A stretch of DNA of 64,000 nucleotides from Clostridia bacterium (GCA_045545295.1 JAZQAO010000017.1:977-64976); one strand, 5' to 3'; shown: positions 1 to 10,662, counted from the first letter of the stretch. Numbers and translations are program-made. The notes: generated from the sequence alone by a model not told the origin.

Positions 1-1558
1 TGTTTATTAATTCTTTCTGTTCATTGTAAAGCTTTACAAAATTCTCATTACTTTCACCCCTAAGCTCTGCAAGCTCCGCAATCTGACGAAGCACCGTACC
101 GTACTGCATTGCAGTCCATATACTTTCACCCTTACCCTCACGGCAAACTCTTGAAAGCATATCGTTCCAGTCGGAAGCAAGCATCAGCGGGAATCCGTTT
201 TCACCGCAGTGAGTTCTCGTGTAGTCAATGGACTTTTTAAGATGCTCCCACACAGTTGCCTCTCCACCGTCATAGAATGAAACAACCTCGTCAAGATAAT
301 CGAGTTTTCCTTCTTCCATAACGATATGGTAAGCCGTCATAATAAGCCAGAGGTGGTTGTCTGAATGGATTCTCTTAAGAGGCTCCCACCCCTCATTTGG
401 GAAACAGTAATGATTTGTATGACCATCGTTATACTGTTGATTAAGAAGAAGATTAAGCTTGTCCTTAGCACGTCTCAGGTCAAAAGGAATCATTGAAAGG
501 ATATCCTGTGCAGTATCACGTACACCCGTACCGCGGAATGTGCCTGTTGCGTAATAGCTGATATTACGGGAGAACTGGAAATTACGCTCCGCCTGATAGG
601 GATTCCATATATTAATCATAGTTTCCGCATCCTTGTCGGGAAGCTCTGCCACAAAATGACTGAAGTGATTTTCCCAATGCTCATTAAGCGCCTTAAATGA
701 TTTTGAAACAAAGTTCTCTTCTCTGCAGTGAGCTACGCTCTTTTTAATATCATCCTCTGTCATTGCGGCACCGAGGAAGATATTTACTGTCTTTTCCTCC
801 CCTGCCTTAAGGTCCACATTTAACTCAAGTGCAAAGCACGGGTCGCCACCGCACATAGTACTGTTTGTAAGGTGTCCTGCCTCCACCCTCTGAGGATTTT
901 CCTCACTGCGGTAACCGCCTATAAATTCGTCTCTGTCACATTCAAATGCAGAAACAGGAACATCACTTGCAAAGTAGATAAGGGGTGTTTCGTCAGGCTT
1001 TGGCTGATCCTCACAGCCGTACTCGTAAACCAAAACATCGTCAAGATTATAACATTCAAGCTGATGCTTGCTGTAGCACTGCCACTGAAGCTCACGCATA
1101 AATTCCATCATACCAAGTTCAACATAAGGGAAAATGGTAATCTTTCTGTCTGTGTCGGATTTCAGCTTAAGATTCCAGATAAGGCAGTTTTCAAAAGGAC
1201 CTACAAAATATGTTGCAACTGCATCAAGACCGTCTTTTCCTGATTCAAATCTTGTATATCCCATACCGTGAGTTGCACTCCATTTGTCAGGTTTTTCACG
1301 CATAGGCTCCGATGTAGGACACCATACACTGTCTCCGTCCTTTATATATGTATAGAAACCGCTTCTGTCTGTGGGGATGTGGAAAAAACGGTAGTGGTTG
1401 ATTCTCCATATCTGGGGTGACTTATAGAAAGCCACACCACCGCCTGCCTGTGACATCATTGTATGGAAAGTTCCGTTTGAAAGATAATTCATCCACGGGG
1501 TAGGCATATTATATTTTTTAATTGTTATTTCTTTTTTAGCATTATTAAAGCTATACAT
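1..1558 (-). CDS. GH94-family glycoside phosphorylase (cellobiose/chitobiose phosphorylase-like). Only the N-terminal ~519 codons are present; the gene continues past the window start.
   Basis: The minus-strand frame is open from ATG 1558 (AGGAGG 6 nt upstream) to the window edge, so it is absent from the ORF track. My translation starts MYSFNNAKKEITIKKYNMPTPWMNYLSNG and contains PLMLASDWNDML, which resembles the GH94 N-terminus and catalytic DWND region. Confidence 0.75.
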   Translation of the reverse strand, partial: MYSFNNAKKEITIKKYNMPTPWMNYLSNGTFHTMMSQAGGGVAFYKSPQIWRINHYRFFHIPTDRSGFYTYIKDGDSVWCPTSEPMREKPDKWSATHGMGYTRFESGKDGLDAVATYFVGPFENCLIWNLKLKSDTDRKITIFPYVELGMMEFMRELQWQCYSKHQLECYNLDDVLVYEYGCEDQPKPDETPLIYFASDVPVSAFECDRDEFIGGYRSEENPQRVEAGHLTNSTMCGGDPCFALELNVDLKAGEEKTVNIFLGAAMTEDDIKKSVAHCREENFVSKSFKALNEHWENHFSHFVAELPDKDAETMINIWNPYQAERNFQFSRNISYYATGTFRGTGVRDTAQDILSMIPFDLRRAKDKLNLLLNQQYNDGHTNHYCFPNEGWEPLKRIHSDNHLWLIMTAYHIVMEEGKLDYLDEVVSFYDGGEATVWEHLKKSIDYTRTHCGENGFPLMLASDWNDMLSRVCREGKGESIWTAMQYGTVLRQIAELAELRGESNENFVKLYNEQKELIN

Positions 1559-1570
1559 TTTTATCCTCCT

Positions 1571-3109
1571 TTAGATAACACTTGTACCTGTAAATTCTGT
1601 TTCGCCGAGAAGTCCGTCAACAATCATTTTGACCGTCTCCTTTGTGGGGGTTGTATTCGCTTCTATATAAGTCAGTTCTTCAGGGTAGTAATCCTGTGCA
1701 AAGTAAGGCGAGCCGTAGTTTATAATCACCTTATTTTTCTTTTCAAAGTGGTGCGATGCCCATATAAGCATATGTGAATCCACCATCTGCGCCACAAAGT
1801 GTGCATTGAGGTTTATTATAACAAGGTCATATCCTTCTGCATAAGCCTTTGTTTCTTCCTGCCAGCATACAAAGGATTCTCTGTCAATAAGGTCACGTTC
1901 AACCTTTGCCTCTATGCCCCGGCTTTCAAGCTCATTTTTAAGAAGATTTGCGGAAAAGTTATCATCATCTGTTATATCAACGATAAGTGCTGATTTATAC
2001 TTCTTTGTATCAAGCGGAATAAGACCAAGCTTGTTTCTGAGAAGGCATATACCGTTCTTTGCGATTCTTTTAAGCGTATCGTCAACAAAAGTTGCATCAG
2101 GCTTGTCGCAAGAATTATTTTCAAGAGCTTTTCTTCTGAACTCTTCCATTCTCTCAATACGGGAAAGAGCATCTTCAAGACGGCTCATTGGAATTTCACC
2201 GCTTAAGATTTTTTCCTCGATAACGTCAGCCGCTTCAACGGGAGGCCAGAGAAGTAAGTCTGCACCTGCCTTGAATGCCTGAACAGTTTCTGCAACATAA
2301 TCGCCTACACCATTACCGCCCATTATAAGTGCATCTGTCACAACTGCACCATTAAACCCGAGTTCTTCTTTTAAAAGCTTCTGTGTAAGCTTACTTGAAA
2401 ATGTTGCAATGGGATAGAATCCACTCTCTCCCTCATTATCATAAGAACGTAGGGTTGTGTGGGTTGTCATTACACTCTGCACATCTTCCTTAAACATTTC
2501 CCGATATGTATATCCATAGGTTTCCATCCATTTGTCAAATTCAAAGATGTTCTGCCCCGGTGCGATGTGCATATTTACCGGATGCGTTCCAAGACCGGGA
2601 AAATGCTTAACAGTTGCACATACTCCCTGTTCCTGAATACCCTTTACAACCTCGCGGTAAATTTCTGCAATAACCTTTGGGTCTTTACCTATTGTCATAA
2701 GGTACATCTGCGGATCAAAGCACATATCTATACTTGGTGCAAGCGCCCAGTCGATACCTGCATCATTCATCTGCATACCGATAGTCTTTCCGTAGTCGTA
2801 TGCATCTTTAAGATTTCTTGAACTGCCCAAAGATGTCTGCACCTGAGCCGAAAATTTCTGCTTTGCCATTGTAACAAAGTCTGCACAAACAAGAAGCTTC
2901 TTCGTGGAAGCTTCCTTAATTTTATTAAGCGTCGGAATATCAAACTGCGTGCCCATAAACCTGCCGCTTTCATCGGTGTGGGCATCATCCTCCCCATAGA
3001 AAACACCGCCTACGGGGTATTTTTGGAAAAATTCTTCTATACCTCCGTGGGTGCTTATTTCACGGATAGTAACAACAAAGGTCTTTAATATTTTTTCTCT
3101 TAAAGTCAT
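1571..3109 (-). CDS. Glycoside hydrolase family 3 (NagZ-like beta-N-acetylhexosaminidase / beta-glucosidase)
   Basis: This lies in the 537-aa track ORF. The best start is MTLREK at 3109, with GGAG upstream. It carries the KHFPGLG GH3 signature and has GH3-like length. Confidence 0.75.
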   Translation of the reverse strand: MTLREKILKTFVVTIREISTHGGIEEFFQKYPVGGVFYGEDDAHTDESGRFMGTQFDIPTLNKIKEASTKKLLVCADFVTMAKQKFSAQVQTSLGSSRNLKDAYDYGKTIGMQMNDAGIDWALAPSIDMCFDPQMYLMTIGKDPKVIAEIYREVVKGIQEQGVCATVKHFPGLGTHPVNMHIAPGQNIFEFDKWMETYGYTYREMFKEDVQSVMTTHTTLRSYDNEGESGFYPIATFSSKLTQKLLKEELGFNGAVVTDALIMGGNGVGDYVAETVQAFKAGADLLLWPPVEAADVIEEKILSGEIPMSRLEDALSRIERMEEFRRKALENNSCDKPDATFVDDTLKRIAKNGICLLRNKLGLIPLDTKKYKSALIVDITDDDNFSANLLKNELESRGIEAKVERDLIDRESFVCWQEETKAYAEGYDLVIINLNAHFVAQMVDSHMLIWASHHFEKKNKVIINYGSPYFAQDYYPEELTYIEANTTPTKETVKMIVDGLLGETEFTGTSVI

Positions 3110-3125
3110 TTTATCTTTCTCCTTA

Positions 3126-4760
3126 TCAGTCATAATAATCTTCTTTGAATTCGTCGCCGAGGTCAGGCTTTTTACCCCATACAATTCTCATAATTTCGGG
3201 GATTGAAAGCACTTCCTTGCCGTAATCGGAATCGACAATCACATCAGGCTTTATGTAAAAGCTTGCGTTGTCAAGATAGCCGATTTCAATGATTTTTCTG
3301 AAGCATTCCATAACCTTGTCGTTACGGGTAAAATCGTTTCTGTAAAGCTCTCCGTCTATTATAGCACGAAGATAGATAAGTTGCCAGCGTTTTTTATTTC
3401 TTATATTTTCGGGAAGAGTTGCGTCCGCTTCAATAATTGTCTTTTCTATTGCAGGGATTTTTTCAGGATTATGTACAAGATAACGATGTCCCTCCACAAA
3501 GTCACGGTAGAGGGTTTCTTCCATATTAATAATTGCATCGGCTACTTTTTCAAGCATTTCGCCCTTAAAGCCGAATTCATAAGAAAGATATTCACGGATT
3601 GTAATTTCGGGGTCCTGATTATCTCTGTAAAGACGAAGCGAGATAACCTTATTTATATCCTCATAAAATCCTTCCGAGTAAGGACATCCGCCAATATTTT
3701 TGTCGCTGTAGGGCGCCCATTTTTCCATAATTCTTTTAGGAATGGGATTTGTACCGTAACCGCCCCACGGAACAGTATCACACATACTGATTTCAAATCT
3801 CGCCATAAGCGGGCGGTGCATATCAATTTCATAAGCATACGACTGATAATACGGGTCAGTACCCACATATTTAAAATCTTTGAGTCTGTCGGTTGCAAGA
3901 ATTTCGCTGAGTTTTTCAAATTCAATATTGTTACCTGTGAAAACGCCAAACATCCACAAAGAAAGATTAAGTTCTGCTTCGGGGAAATATTCTTTCACAA
4001 GCTTTGCAAGCGCTTCACAACACCTTACATATCCGTTTGCACCCCACGGAGCACAATCGGGGCAGGTACAACCACCCTCGTCGTAAGGTCCTATATCAAT
4101 CATATCGGGCGCCGCATCTTTGAAGGTTTCAAGCCAGTCGCGTCTGTATTCAAGAATTTTTTCGATACCGCCGGGCTTTGACGGACATATTTCAACGTGA
4201 TAATGGTCGTTAAGATTCTTTATGTATCCGTCGTGTCCGCCCGTCCAGTCAGCACGAAGCTCTTTCGGGCTTACGTGGAAAGCTTCATTTGAAATAATAG
4301 ACAGACAAATTTTAACACCGATAGACTTTGCGTATTTAATCATCGCTTTCATTCTGTCGGCAAATTCTTTTCCGTCTGCCATATTCTTATAATAGAAAAG
4401 GTCAAACCACATACGCATTGTATTCATACCCCAAAGAGCGAGGTCTTCAATATACTCATAAATTTCCTCAAGTGGCGCACTAACATAGTAGTTTGAGTTA
4501 TGTGATGCAAAATACATTCCGCTTATGGTTTTATAGGAATGGAATTTACCGCTTACTTTCGGATTTCTTAAAAATCTGCCTGCCGCATCAAGAAGCTGAC
4601 CGTATGCACCTGCAGAAATCACACCGTTTTTTATTTCGGAATCCATTTCGTCCATCGACTTATCAATTCTGAGTTCAACATCCGTATTTTCGGGAAGTCT
4701 TTTTCTGACAACACGGGCAATATTTGAAAGAATTTTGTCATTTTCATCGTAAATAATCAT
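3126..4760 (-). CDS. Putative glycoside-hydrolase-like protein with a GGCTCPDCAPWG cysteine motif; family uncertain
   Basis: This lies in the 561-aa track ORF. The best start is MIIYDEND at 4760, with GGGAG upstream. It is co-oriented and tightly packed with the GH3 and GH94 genes. The D-x-G-x-C-x-C-x-x-C motif reminds me of DUF4838/GH20-like proteins, from memory only. Confidence 0.45.
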   Translation of the reverse strand: MIIYDENDKILSNIARVVRKRLPENTDVELRIDKSMDEMDSEIKNGVISAGAYGQLLDAAGRFLRNPKVSGKFHSYKTISGMYFASHNSNYYVSAPLEEIYEYIEDLALWGMNTMRMWFDLFYYKNMADGKEFADRMKAMIKYAKSIGVKICLSIISNEAFHVSPKELRADWTGGHDGYIKNLNDHYHVEICPSKPGGIEKILEYRRDWLETFKDAAPDMIDIGPYDEGGCTCPDCAPWGANGYVRCCEALAKLVKEYFPEAELNLSLWMFGVFTGNNIEFEKLSEILATDRLKDFKYVGTDPYYQSYAYEIDMHRPLMARFEISMCDTVPWGGYGTNPIPKRIMEKWAPYSDKNIGGCPYSEGFYEDINKVISLRLYRDNQDPEITIREYLSYEFGFKGEMLEKVADAIINMEETLYRDFVEGHRYLVHNPEKIPAIEKTIIEADATLPENIRNKKRWQLIYLRAIIDGELYRNDFTRNDKVMECFRKIIEIGYLDNASFYIKPDVIVDSDYGKEVLSIPEIMRIVWGKKPDLGDEFKEDYYD

Positions 4761-4860
4761 ATTTATCACACTCCCTACTTGAATTTTAAGACATTTTATG
4801 CTATAATACAAGACACAAACTCGTTTTTTCAGGACAAAAAATGCACATATGGTGATTATT

Positions 4861-5643
4861 ATGCAATTTATTTATGAAAAAAAGCGTCACGGTAAGCTAC
4901 ATTGCTATATTCACGATACTGTAGATGTAGCGGCACACATACACGACAGTATTGAAATTATATATATTATTGAAGGTAGTGCATCGGCATTTTGTGACGG
5001 AAAAGAATATGTCCTTAACAGCGGTGATGCTTTTGTTGTATTCCCCCAGAAGATACACTACTACTGTGACCTAACTGATATGAAAGTGATTATCTCCATT
5101 ATCCCTATAGAATACCTGCCTGAATTCCGCAGTGCATTTCTTAACAAGACTCTCTCTTCCCCTCATATTACAGGCGCATCTGACTTTGTTGGTGAACTTC
5201 TCCGGAAAGCGGCAACGGCAGACAACCTCCACCACAAAGCATTTCGCAGAGGGGTAATACTTGCAGCATTTTCATTACTTCTCGACAAAGCGGAACTGGT
5301 TGACAGAAAATCGGACACCACCACACTGCAGAAAATACTTGATTACTGCGAAAAGCATTACAAGGAAAATATTTCTCTTGAGGATATATCAAAGGAGCTT
5401 TTTATAAGTAAGTCCTACATATCTCATATTTTCAGCGAAAAAATCGGTATGAGCTTCCGCGATTATATAAATTCCCTTCGTGTGTCGCTGTCACTTAATT
5501 ATTTAAAGGACGGTAATCTTCCAATTACAGGAGTTTCATCAGTGTGTGGATTTGAAAGTATCCGCAGTTTTAACCGTGCTTTCAGGAAGATTCATTCTAC
5601 CACTCCTACAGAGTACAGAAAGAATTTACATAATTTAATGTAA
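4861..5643 (+). CDS. AraC-family transcriptional regulator (N-terminal cupin, C-terminal HTH)
   Basis: The C-terminus SFRDYINSLRV...GFESIRSFNRAFRKIHSTTPTEYR is a typical AraC HTH. It is divergent from the GH cluster. I prefer the start at 4861 because GGTGA lies 5 nt upstream. Confidence 0.8.
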   Translation: MQFIYEKKRHGKLHCYIHDTVDVAAHIHDSIEIIYIIEGSASAFCDGKEYVLNSGDAFVVFPQKIHYYCDLTDMKVIISIIPIEYLPEFRSAFLNKTLSSPHITGASDFVGELLRKAATADNLHHKAFRRGVILAAFSLLLDKAELVDRKSDTTTLQKILDYCEKHYKENISLEDISKELFISKSYISHIFSEKIGMSFRDYINSLRVSLSLNYLKDGNLPITGVSSVCGFESIRSFNRAFRKIHSTTPTEYRKNLHNLM

Positions 5644-5660
5644 CTTTTTTTAAAAAACAC

Positions 5661-5689
5661 TTGCAATAGCGGATAATTGATGATATAAT
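5661..5689 (+). promoter_or_regulatory. Sigma-A type promoter for the rimP-nusA-infB operon
   Basis: TTGCAA (5661-5666), a 17-nt spacer, then the extended -10 TGaTATAAT (5681-5689). Confidence 0.6.
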
Positions 5690-5700
5690 GCCATTGGTAG

Positions 5701-5733
5701 AGAGTGAGCTTGCGGCTCACTCTTTCGTGTTAT
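5701..5733 (+). promoter_or_regulatory. Leader stem-loop (possible attenuator) upstream of rimP
   Basis: AGAGTGAGC-TTGC-GGCTCACTCT forms a 9-10 bp stem, followed by the interrupted T tract TTCGTGTT. It sits between the promoter and the rimP SD. Confidence 0.4.
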
Positions 5734-5750
5734 ATTAAGGAGTTGATTTC

Positions 5751-6206
5751 TTGGCTAAGATTGATGAAGCACTTGAAAAACTTGCTCTCCCCGTGTGTGA
5801 GCGTCATGGTGTGTATATCTACAACACCGAATATAAAAAGGAAGGCAGCGAATACTATCTCAGACTTTTTATTGACAAGGACAGCGGTGTAACAATTGAA
5901 GACTGCGAAAATGTCTCAAGAGAAATAAGTCCTATGCTTGACGACCTTACATTTATTAAAGATGCGTATATTTTTGAGGTATCTTCCCCCGGCATTGACA
6001 GGTCACTTACACGTCCCTGGCATTTTGAAAAGGTAATCGGGCAGGAAATTGACATCAAGCTTTTTGCGCCCATTGACGGTTCAAAGGAAATAAGCGGTAT
6101 ACTTAAGACATATTCAGACGGTGATATAACAGTTATTGCAAATGATAAAGAGATTATAATTGAAAAAGGCAAAGCAGCATCCGTAAAGCTTGCCTTCAAT
6201 TTTTGA
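5751..6206 (+). CDS. rimP: Ribosome maturation factor RimP
   Basis: 151 aa with a TTG start and AAGGAG 8 nt upstream. It carries the EVSSPGIDRSL motif and lies directly upstream of nusA. Confidence 0.85.
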   Translation: MAKIDEALEKLALPVCERHGVYIYNTEYKKEGSEYYLRLFIDKDSGVTIEDCENVSREISPMLDDLTFIKDAYIFEVSSPGIDRSLTRPWHFEKVIGQEIDIKLFAPIDGSKEISGILKTYSDGDITVIANDKEIIIEKGKAASVKLAFNF

Positions 6207-6225
6207 TAGGAGTGTTTGAAAAAAA

Positions 6226-7266
6226 ATGAACAAAGAACTTATACTGGCACTTGACTTACTGGAAAAGGAAAAACGAATCAAAAAAGACCTTATGTTTGAA
6301 GCTCTCGAGGCAGCTCTTGTAACAGCATACAAGAAAAACTTCGGTGCAAACTACAACTGCTTTGCAGAGGTAGACCGCGAAACAGGTGATATGCGTGTTT
6401 ACTGCACAAAAACAGTTGTAGAAGAGGTTGAGGACGACGCTCTTGAAATTACGCTTGAAGAGGCAAAGTCTATTAACAAACGTTACCAGCTCGGCGACAC
6501 TGTTGAGCTTGTGGCAGATCCTGCTAAATTCGGAAGAATTGCAGCACAGACAGCAAAGCAGATGGTTGTACAGAAAATCCGTGAAGCAGAACGCGGAAAT
6601 ATGTATGATGAATACAGCGACAAGGAAAATGACGTAATGCTTGGTAAGGTTGAAAAGCTTGACAAAAGAGGCATTATGGTTGACCTTGGCAGTGCAGAAG
6701 CGCTTCTTACGCCATCTGAACAGATTCCCGGTGAGGACTATACCCCCGGCAGAAAGCTTAAAGTTTATGTGTTTGAAGTTAAGAAGACTACAAAGAGCGT
6801 AAACCTTATGGTTTCAAGAACACATCCCGGACTTGTAAAGAAGCTCTTTGAGCAGGAAGTTCCCGAAATCGCTGACGGAACTGTAGTAATAAAGAGCATT
6901 GCCAGAGAAGCAGGCAGCCGCAGTAAGCTTGCAGTATATTCTGAAAACCCCGATGTTGACCCCGTAGGTGCTTGTGTAGGTCAGAAGGGTACAAGAGTTG
7001 CAGGCATTGTCGAAGAGCTTAACGATGAAAAGATAGATGTTATCCACTATAGCGAAGATCCTGCAGAGTACATCAGCGCAGCTCTCAATCCTGCCAAGGT
7101 ACTTAGCGTTGAAATTGATGAAAAGAACAAGTCAGCACTTGTAACAGTGCCTGAATTCCAGCTTTCACTTGCAATCGGTAAGGAAGGACAGAATGCCCGC
7201 CTTGCGGCAAGACTTACAGGATGGAAGATTGATATCAAAAGTGATGCAAGTGTAACTGAAGCTTAA
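6226..7266 (+). CDS. nusA: Transcription termination/antitermination factor NusA
   Basis: 346 aa with N-terminal, S1 and two KH-like regions ([35 protein letters not shown]). Confidence 0.95.
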   Translation: MNKELILALDLLEKEKRIKKDLMFEALEAALVTAYKKNFGANYNCFAEVDRETGDMRVYCTKTVVEEVEDDALEITLEEAKSINKRYQLGDTVELVADPAKFGRIAAQTAKQMVVQKIREAERGNMYDEYSDKENDVMLGKVEKLDKRGIMVDLGSAEALLTPSEQIPGEDYTPGRKLKVYVFEVKKTTKSVNLMVSRTHPGLVKKLFEQEVPEIADGTVVIKSIAREAGSRSKLAVYSENPDVDPVGACVGQKGTRVAGIVEELNDEKIDVIHYSEDPAEYISAALNPAKVLSVEIDEKNKSALVTVPEFQLSLAIGKEGQNARLAARLTGWKIDIKSDASVTEA

Positions 7267-7280
7267 AGAGGGCGATAAAA

Positions 7281-7529
7281 ATGTCAACCCATCTCAGAAT
7301 GTGCGTAGTATGCAGACAGATGAAGTCAAAAGATGAGCTTCTTCGTATTACAAAGTATGAAGGAAGTTACAGCGTTGACTTAACCGGAAAACTTCCCGGA
7401 CGTGGTGCATATATATGCAAAAAAGGTGATTGCAGCAAAAACTTTGAAGCAAAAAAGGCTTTCGAACGTGCTTTCAAAGGTGCAGTCCCCAATGAACTGA
7501 AAGAAACTATAAAAAAGGAACTGATTTAA
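7281..7529 (+). CDS. ylxR: YlxR/RnpM family (DUF448) RNA-binding protein
   Basis: 82 aa with RMCVVCRQ...GRGAYIC motifs, in the conserved position after nusA. Confidence 0.85.
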   Translation: MSTHLRMCVVCRQMKSKDELLRITKYEGSYSVDLTGKLPGRGAYICKKGDCSKNFEAKKAFERAFKGAVPNELKETIKKELI

Positions 7530-7846
7530 TGAACGATAGATTACTTGGTATGGTCGGTCTTGCCGTACGTGCCAGAAAAGCTTCAACAGGAGTTTTTCTT
7601 ACTGAAAAGGCACTTGATGAAGGAGTTTGCGAGCTTGTTATTATGTCCGAAGATATTGGACAAAGCAACAGACGCAAAATTGAAAATAAATGTCTTGAAT
7701 GGGATGTCCCTTTTATTTATTACGGTGACAAAACTTCACTCAGCCACGCGGCAGGTAAAAAGGAAATGCCTGTTATAGGAATTCTCGACCACGGCTTTGC
7801 CGAGGCTATCGCAAAGTTAAAAAATAACGGAGGTGCTGATAAATGA
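7529..7846 (+). CDS. ylxQ: L7Ae-family ribosomal-protein-like YlxQ
   Basis: 105 aa. Its start overlaps the ylxR stop (TAATG). It occupies the conserved position between ylxR and infB and shows an L7Ae-like pattern. Confidence 0.75.
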   Translation: MNDRLLGMVGLAVRARKASTGVFLTEKALDEGVCELVIMSEDIGQSNRRKIENKCLEWDVPFIYYGDKTSLSHAAGKKEMPVIGILDHGFAEAIAKLKNNGGADK

Positions 7847-10128
7847 TTGCAAAACAGAAAATAAGCGCAATAGCAAAGGCTATAAATGTTCCCGGTAAGG
7901 AAATCGCTGCTATGCTTGGTGAAGTTGCCGGAATTACCAAAAGCTCAGCTGCTTCTCTTGATGTAGACGAAATGAGCATCGTTATGGAGTACTATACTCA
8001 GAAATTTGATGACGGTTCTACAATTGAAGAATACGTTAAAGCTTATCAGGAAAAAGTTGAAAAAGAAAAAGCTGCTGCAAAACCCAAAAAGGAAAAGAAA
8101 GCAGAGGAAGTTCTTCCTGAAATTACTGACGAGGAAATCACACAGGAAATCACTCCTCAGAAAAACCGTCGCTACGTTGACACAAGAACAAACGCTGTTG
8201 ACCTTGATGTTCAGTTGGCAAAAGAAAAAGCTGAAGAGCTTGCTCCTGAAATAAAAGACACAGAAACAACAAAACAGCGTATAAAGAAAAACAAAAACAA
8301 ACAGCAGCCACAGAAGAAGAATCAGCCTAAGCCTGAAGAAATGATTCAGAAGCCAAAAAAAGAAAAGGTTGAAAAACTTCACGTTGTTATTCCCGATACA
8401 ATCACCGTGGGCGACCTTGCACAGAAAATGAAAGTCGGTGCTACCGAAATCATCAAGCGCCTTATGCAGCTTGGCATTATGGCATCTGTGAATCAGGAAG
8501 TTGAATATGATGTAGCTGCACTTATTGCAGAAGATATGGGTGCAGATGTTGAGAGAGAAATCATCATCACAGAAGAAGACAAACTCTTTGGTGATGCTGA
8601 CGCTCCCGATGATGAAAAGGACCTTATCACCCGTCCTCCTGTTGTAGTTGTTATGGGTCACGTTGACCACGGTAAAACAAGTCTTCTTGATGCAATCCGC
8701 TCAACAAACGTTACTGCAAGCGAAGCAGGCGGTATTACACAGCACATCGGTGCTTATATGGTAAAAATCAACGACAATCCCATTGCATTTCTTGATACTC
8801 CCGGTCACGAAGCGTTCACCGCAATGCGTGCCCGCGGCGCACAGGTAACGGATATTGCAATCCTTGTTGTTGCAGCAGACGACGGTATTATGCCCCAGAC
8901 AATTGAGGCTATTAACCACGCTAAAGCTGCTGAGGTAAGTATTATCGTTGCTATTAACAAAATTGATAAAGAGGGTGCTAACCCCGACAGAGTTAAGCAG
9001 GAGCTTACAGAGCATGGTCTTGTTCCCGAAGAATGGGGCGGTGATGTTATCTGTGTTGAAGTAAGTGCAAAACAGCGTCAGAACATTGACGGACTTCTTG
9101 AAATGGTGCTTCTTACTGCGGAAATGAAGGAGCTTAAGGCTAACCCCAACCGCCGTGCAAAGGGTACTGTTATCGAGGCAAAGCTTGACAAAGGCCGCGG
9201 TCCTGTTGCAACAGTGCTTGTACAGAACGGTACACTCCGTCAGGGTGATATCATCGTTGCAGGTACTGCAGTAGGTCGTGTAAGAGCTATGCTTGACGAC
9301 AAGGGTAAGAAGATTAAAGAGGCTACTCCCTCTACACCCGTTGAGATTATCGGTCTCAGCGAAACTCCCGACGGTAACGATGTTTTCTATGCAGTTGAGG
9401 ATGAAAGAGCTGCCCGTCACGTTGTTGAGGCAAGAAAACAAAAGATTAAGGACGAAGCTAACAAGGCTAAGCAGAAGGTTAACCTTGAAGACCTCTTCAG
9501 CCAGATTCAGCAGGGCGATGTAAAAGACCTTAATATCATCGTTAAGGCTGACGTTCAGGGTAGTGTTGAGGCTGTTAAGCAGAGCCTTGAAAAGCTCTCT
9601 AACGAAGAAGTTCGTGTAAGAGTTATTCACGGTGCAGTTGGTGCTATTACAGAGAGCGACGTTACACTTGCAACTGCTTCAAACGCTATTATCGTTGGCT
9701 TTAACGTACGTCCTGACGTAGGCGGAAGAAATGCTGCCGAAATCAACAAGGTTGATATGCGTATGTACCGCGTAATTTATGATGCTATCGAAGAAATTGA
9801 AGCTGCTATGAAGGGTATGCTTGCCCCCACATTCCGTGAGGCTGTTATCGGTCATGCCGAAATCCGTCAGACCTTCAAAGTTAGCGGTGTAGGAACAATC
9901 GGTGGCTGCTATGTTACAGACGGTAAGATTCAGCGTAACTGCAGTGTTCGTATCGTTCGTGACGGTATTGTTATCCATGAAGGTGAGCTTGATTCACTTA
10001 AGCGTTTCAAGGATGACGTTAAGGAAGTTGCAAGCGGTTACGAATGCGGTATGGGCTTTGTAAGATTTAACGACATTAAAGAGGGCGACAATGTAGAGTG
10101 CTATATCATGGAAGAAGTAAAAAGATGA
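7843..10128 (+). CDS. infB: Translation initiation factor IF-2
   Basis: 761 aa with a K/E-rich N-terminal region, the G domain motifs [12 protein letters not shown] and DTPGHEAF, and an ATGA overlap with ylxQ. Confidence 0.97.
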   Translation: MIAKQKISAIAKAINVPGKEIAAMLGEVAGITKSSAASLDVDEMSIVMEYYTQKFDDGSTIEEYVKAYQEKVEKEKAAAKPKKEKKAEEVLPEITDEEITQEITPQKNRRYVDTRTNAVDLDVQLAKEKAEELAPEIKDTETTKQRIKKNKNKQQPQKKNQPKPEEMIQKPKKEKVEKLHVVIPDTITVGDLAQKMKVGATEIIKRLMQLGIMASVNQEVEYDVAALIAEDMGADVEREIIITEEDKLFGDADAPDDEKDLITRPPVVVVMGHVDHGKTSLLDAIRSTNVTASEAGGITQHIGAYMVKINDNPIAFLDTPGHEAFTAMRARGAQVTDIAILVVAADDGIMPQTIEAINHAKAAEVSIIVAINKIDKEGANPDRVKQELTEHGLVPEEWGGDVICVEVSAKQRQNIDGLLEMVLLTAEMKELKANPNRRAKGTVIEAKLDKGRGPVATVLVQNGTLRQGDIIVAGTAVGRVRAMLDDKGKKIKEATPSTPVEIIGLSETPDGNDVFYAVEDERAARHVVEARKQKIKDEANKAKQKVNLEDLFSQIQQGDVKDLNIIVKADVQGSVEAVKQSLEKLSNEEVRVRVIHGAVGAITESDVTLATASNAIIVGFNVRPDVGGRNAAEINKVDMRMYRVIYDAIEEIEAAMKGMLAPTFREAVIGHAEIRQTFKVSGVGTIGGCYVTDGKIQRNCSVRIVRDGIVIHEGELDSLKRFKDDVKEVASGYECGMGFVRFNDIKEGDNVECYIMEEVKR

Positions 10129-10225
10129 TGTTAAAAATGCCCAGAGTGCAAAACGAAGGCTTAATGCGAAATTCGAAGTTCGAAATTCGAAATGAAGGTT
10201 GAAATCCTGCGGATTTCTCCTTTCC
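10127..10225 (+). repeat. Family-1 intergenic element, single-arm form, with a terminator-like hairpin
   Basis: GATGTTAAAAATGCCCAGA abuts the infB stop. It is followed by the heptad arm GCGAAAT-TCGAAGT-TCGAAAT-TCGAAAT and the hairpin GAAATCC-TGC-GGATTTC (10201-10217). Confidence 0.7.
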
Positions 10226-10314
10226 AATATTTTTAATAAACAATCAAAACCAACACAAAATAAGTAAATGAGCAAACACCTCATTTACTTATTTTTGAAA
10301 GAAGGTAAAATACT

Positions 10315-10662
10315 ATGTCTTTTAAAAGAACTGACAGAATATCAGAAGAAGTAAAAAAAGAATTATCAAGTGTTATACGAGACCTTAAGGACCCCCGTAT
10401 TCCCATGATGACAAGTGTAGTTAAGGTTGATGTCACAAACGACCTTCGCTATGCAAAGGCATATATCAGTATTATGGGAACAGACGAGGAAAAAAAGGAT
10501 GCTATAAAAGGCTTAACCGCTGCAGCCGGCTTTATACGACGCGAAATAGGCAGCCGTATAAAGCTCAGATGCGTGCCTGAATTCAGTTTTGTAATAGACA
10601 CAACTATCGAATACGGCGCACACATAAACAAGCTCCTTAACGACATCAGTAAAGAGGGATAA
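10315..10662 (+). CDS. rbfA: Ribosome-binding factor A
   Basis: 115 aa with an RbfA-like N-terminus (RTDRISEEVKKELSSVI) and conserved synteny after infB. Confidence 0.9.
   Translation: MSFKRTDRISEEVKKELSSVIRDLKDPRIPMMTSVVKVDVTNDLRYAKAYISIMGTDEEKKDAIKGLTAAAGFIRREIGSRIKLRCVPEFSFVIDTTIEYGAHINKLLNDISKEG

Noticed and set aside
872-1243. The 123-aa + strand ORF within the first 1.5 kb.
   Set aside because: It is antisense to the open GH94 frame, which has clear family motifs, an SD and an ATG at 1558. This is a shadow ORF.
8701-9630. Long antisense ORFs in the track: 8701-9630(-), 7945-8670(-), 25850-26872(+), 3381-4181(+), 49559-50284(-), 58881-59615(+), 29986-30630(+) and 36735-37262(+).
   Set aside because: Each lies fully inside a well-supported gene on the other strand. 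They have low-complexity or Cys/Phe-rich composition, no SD and no recognisable motifs. These are shadow ORFs typical of biased codon usage.
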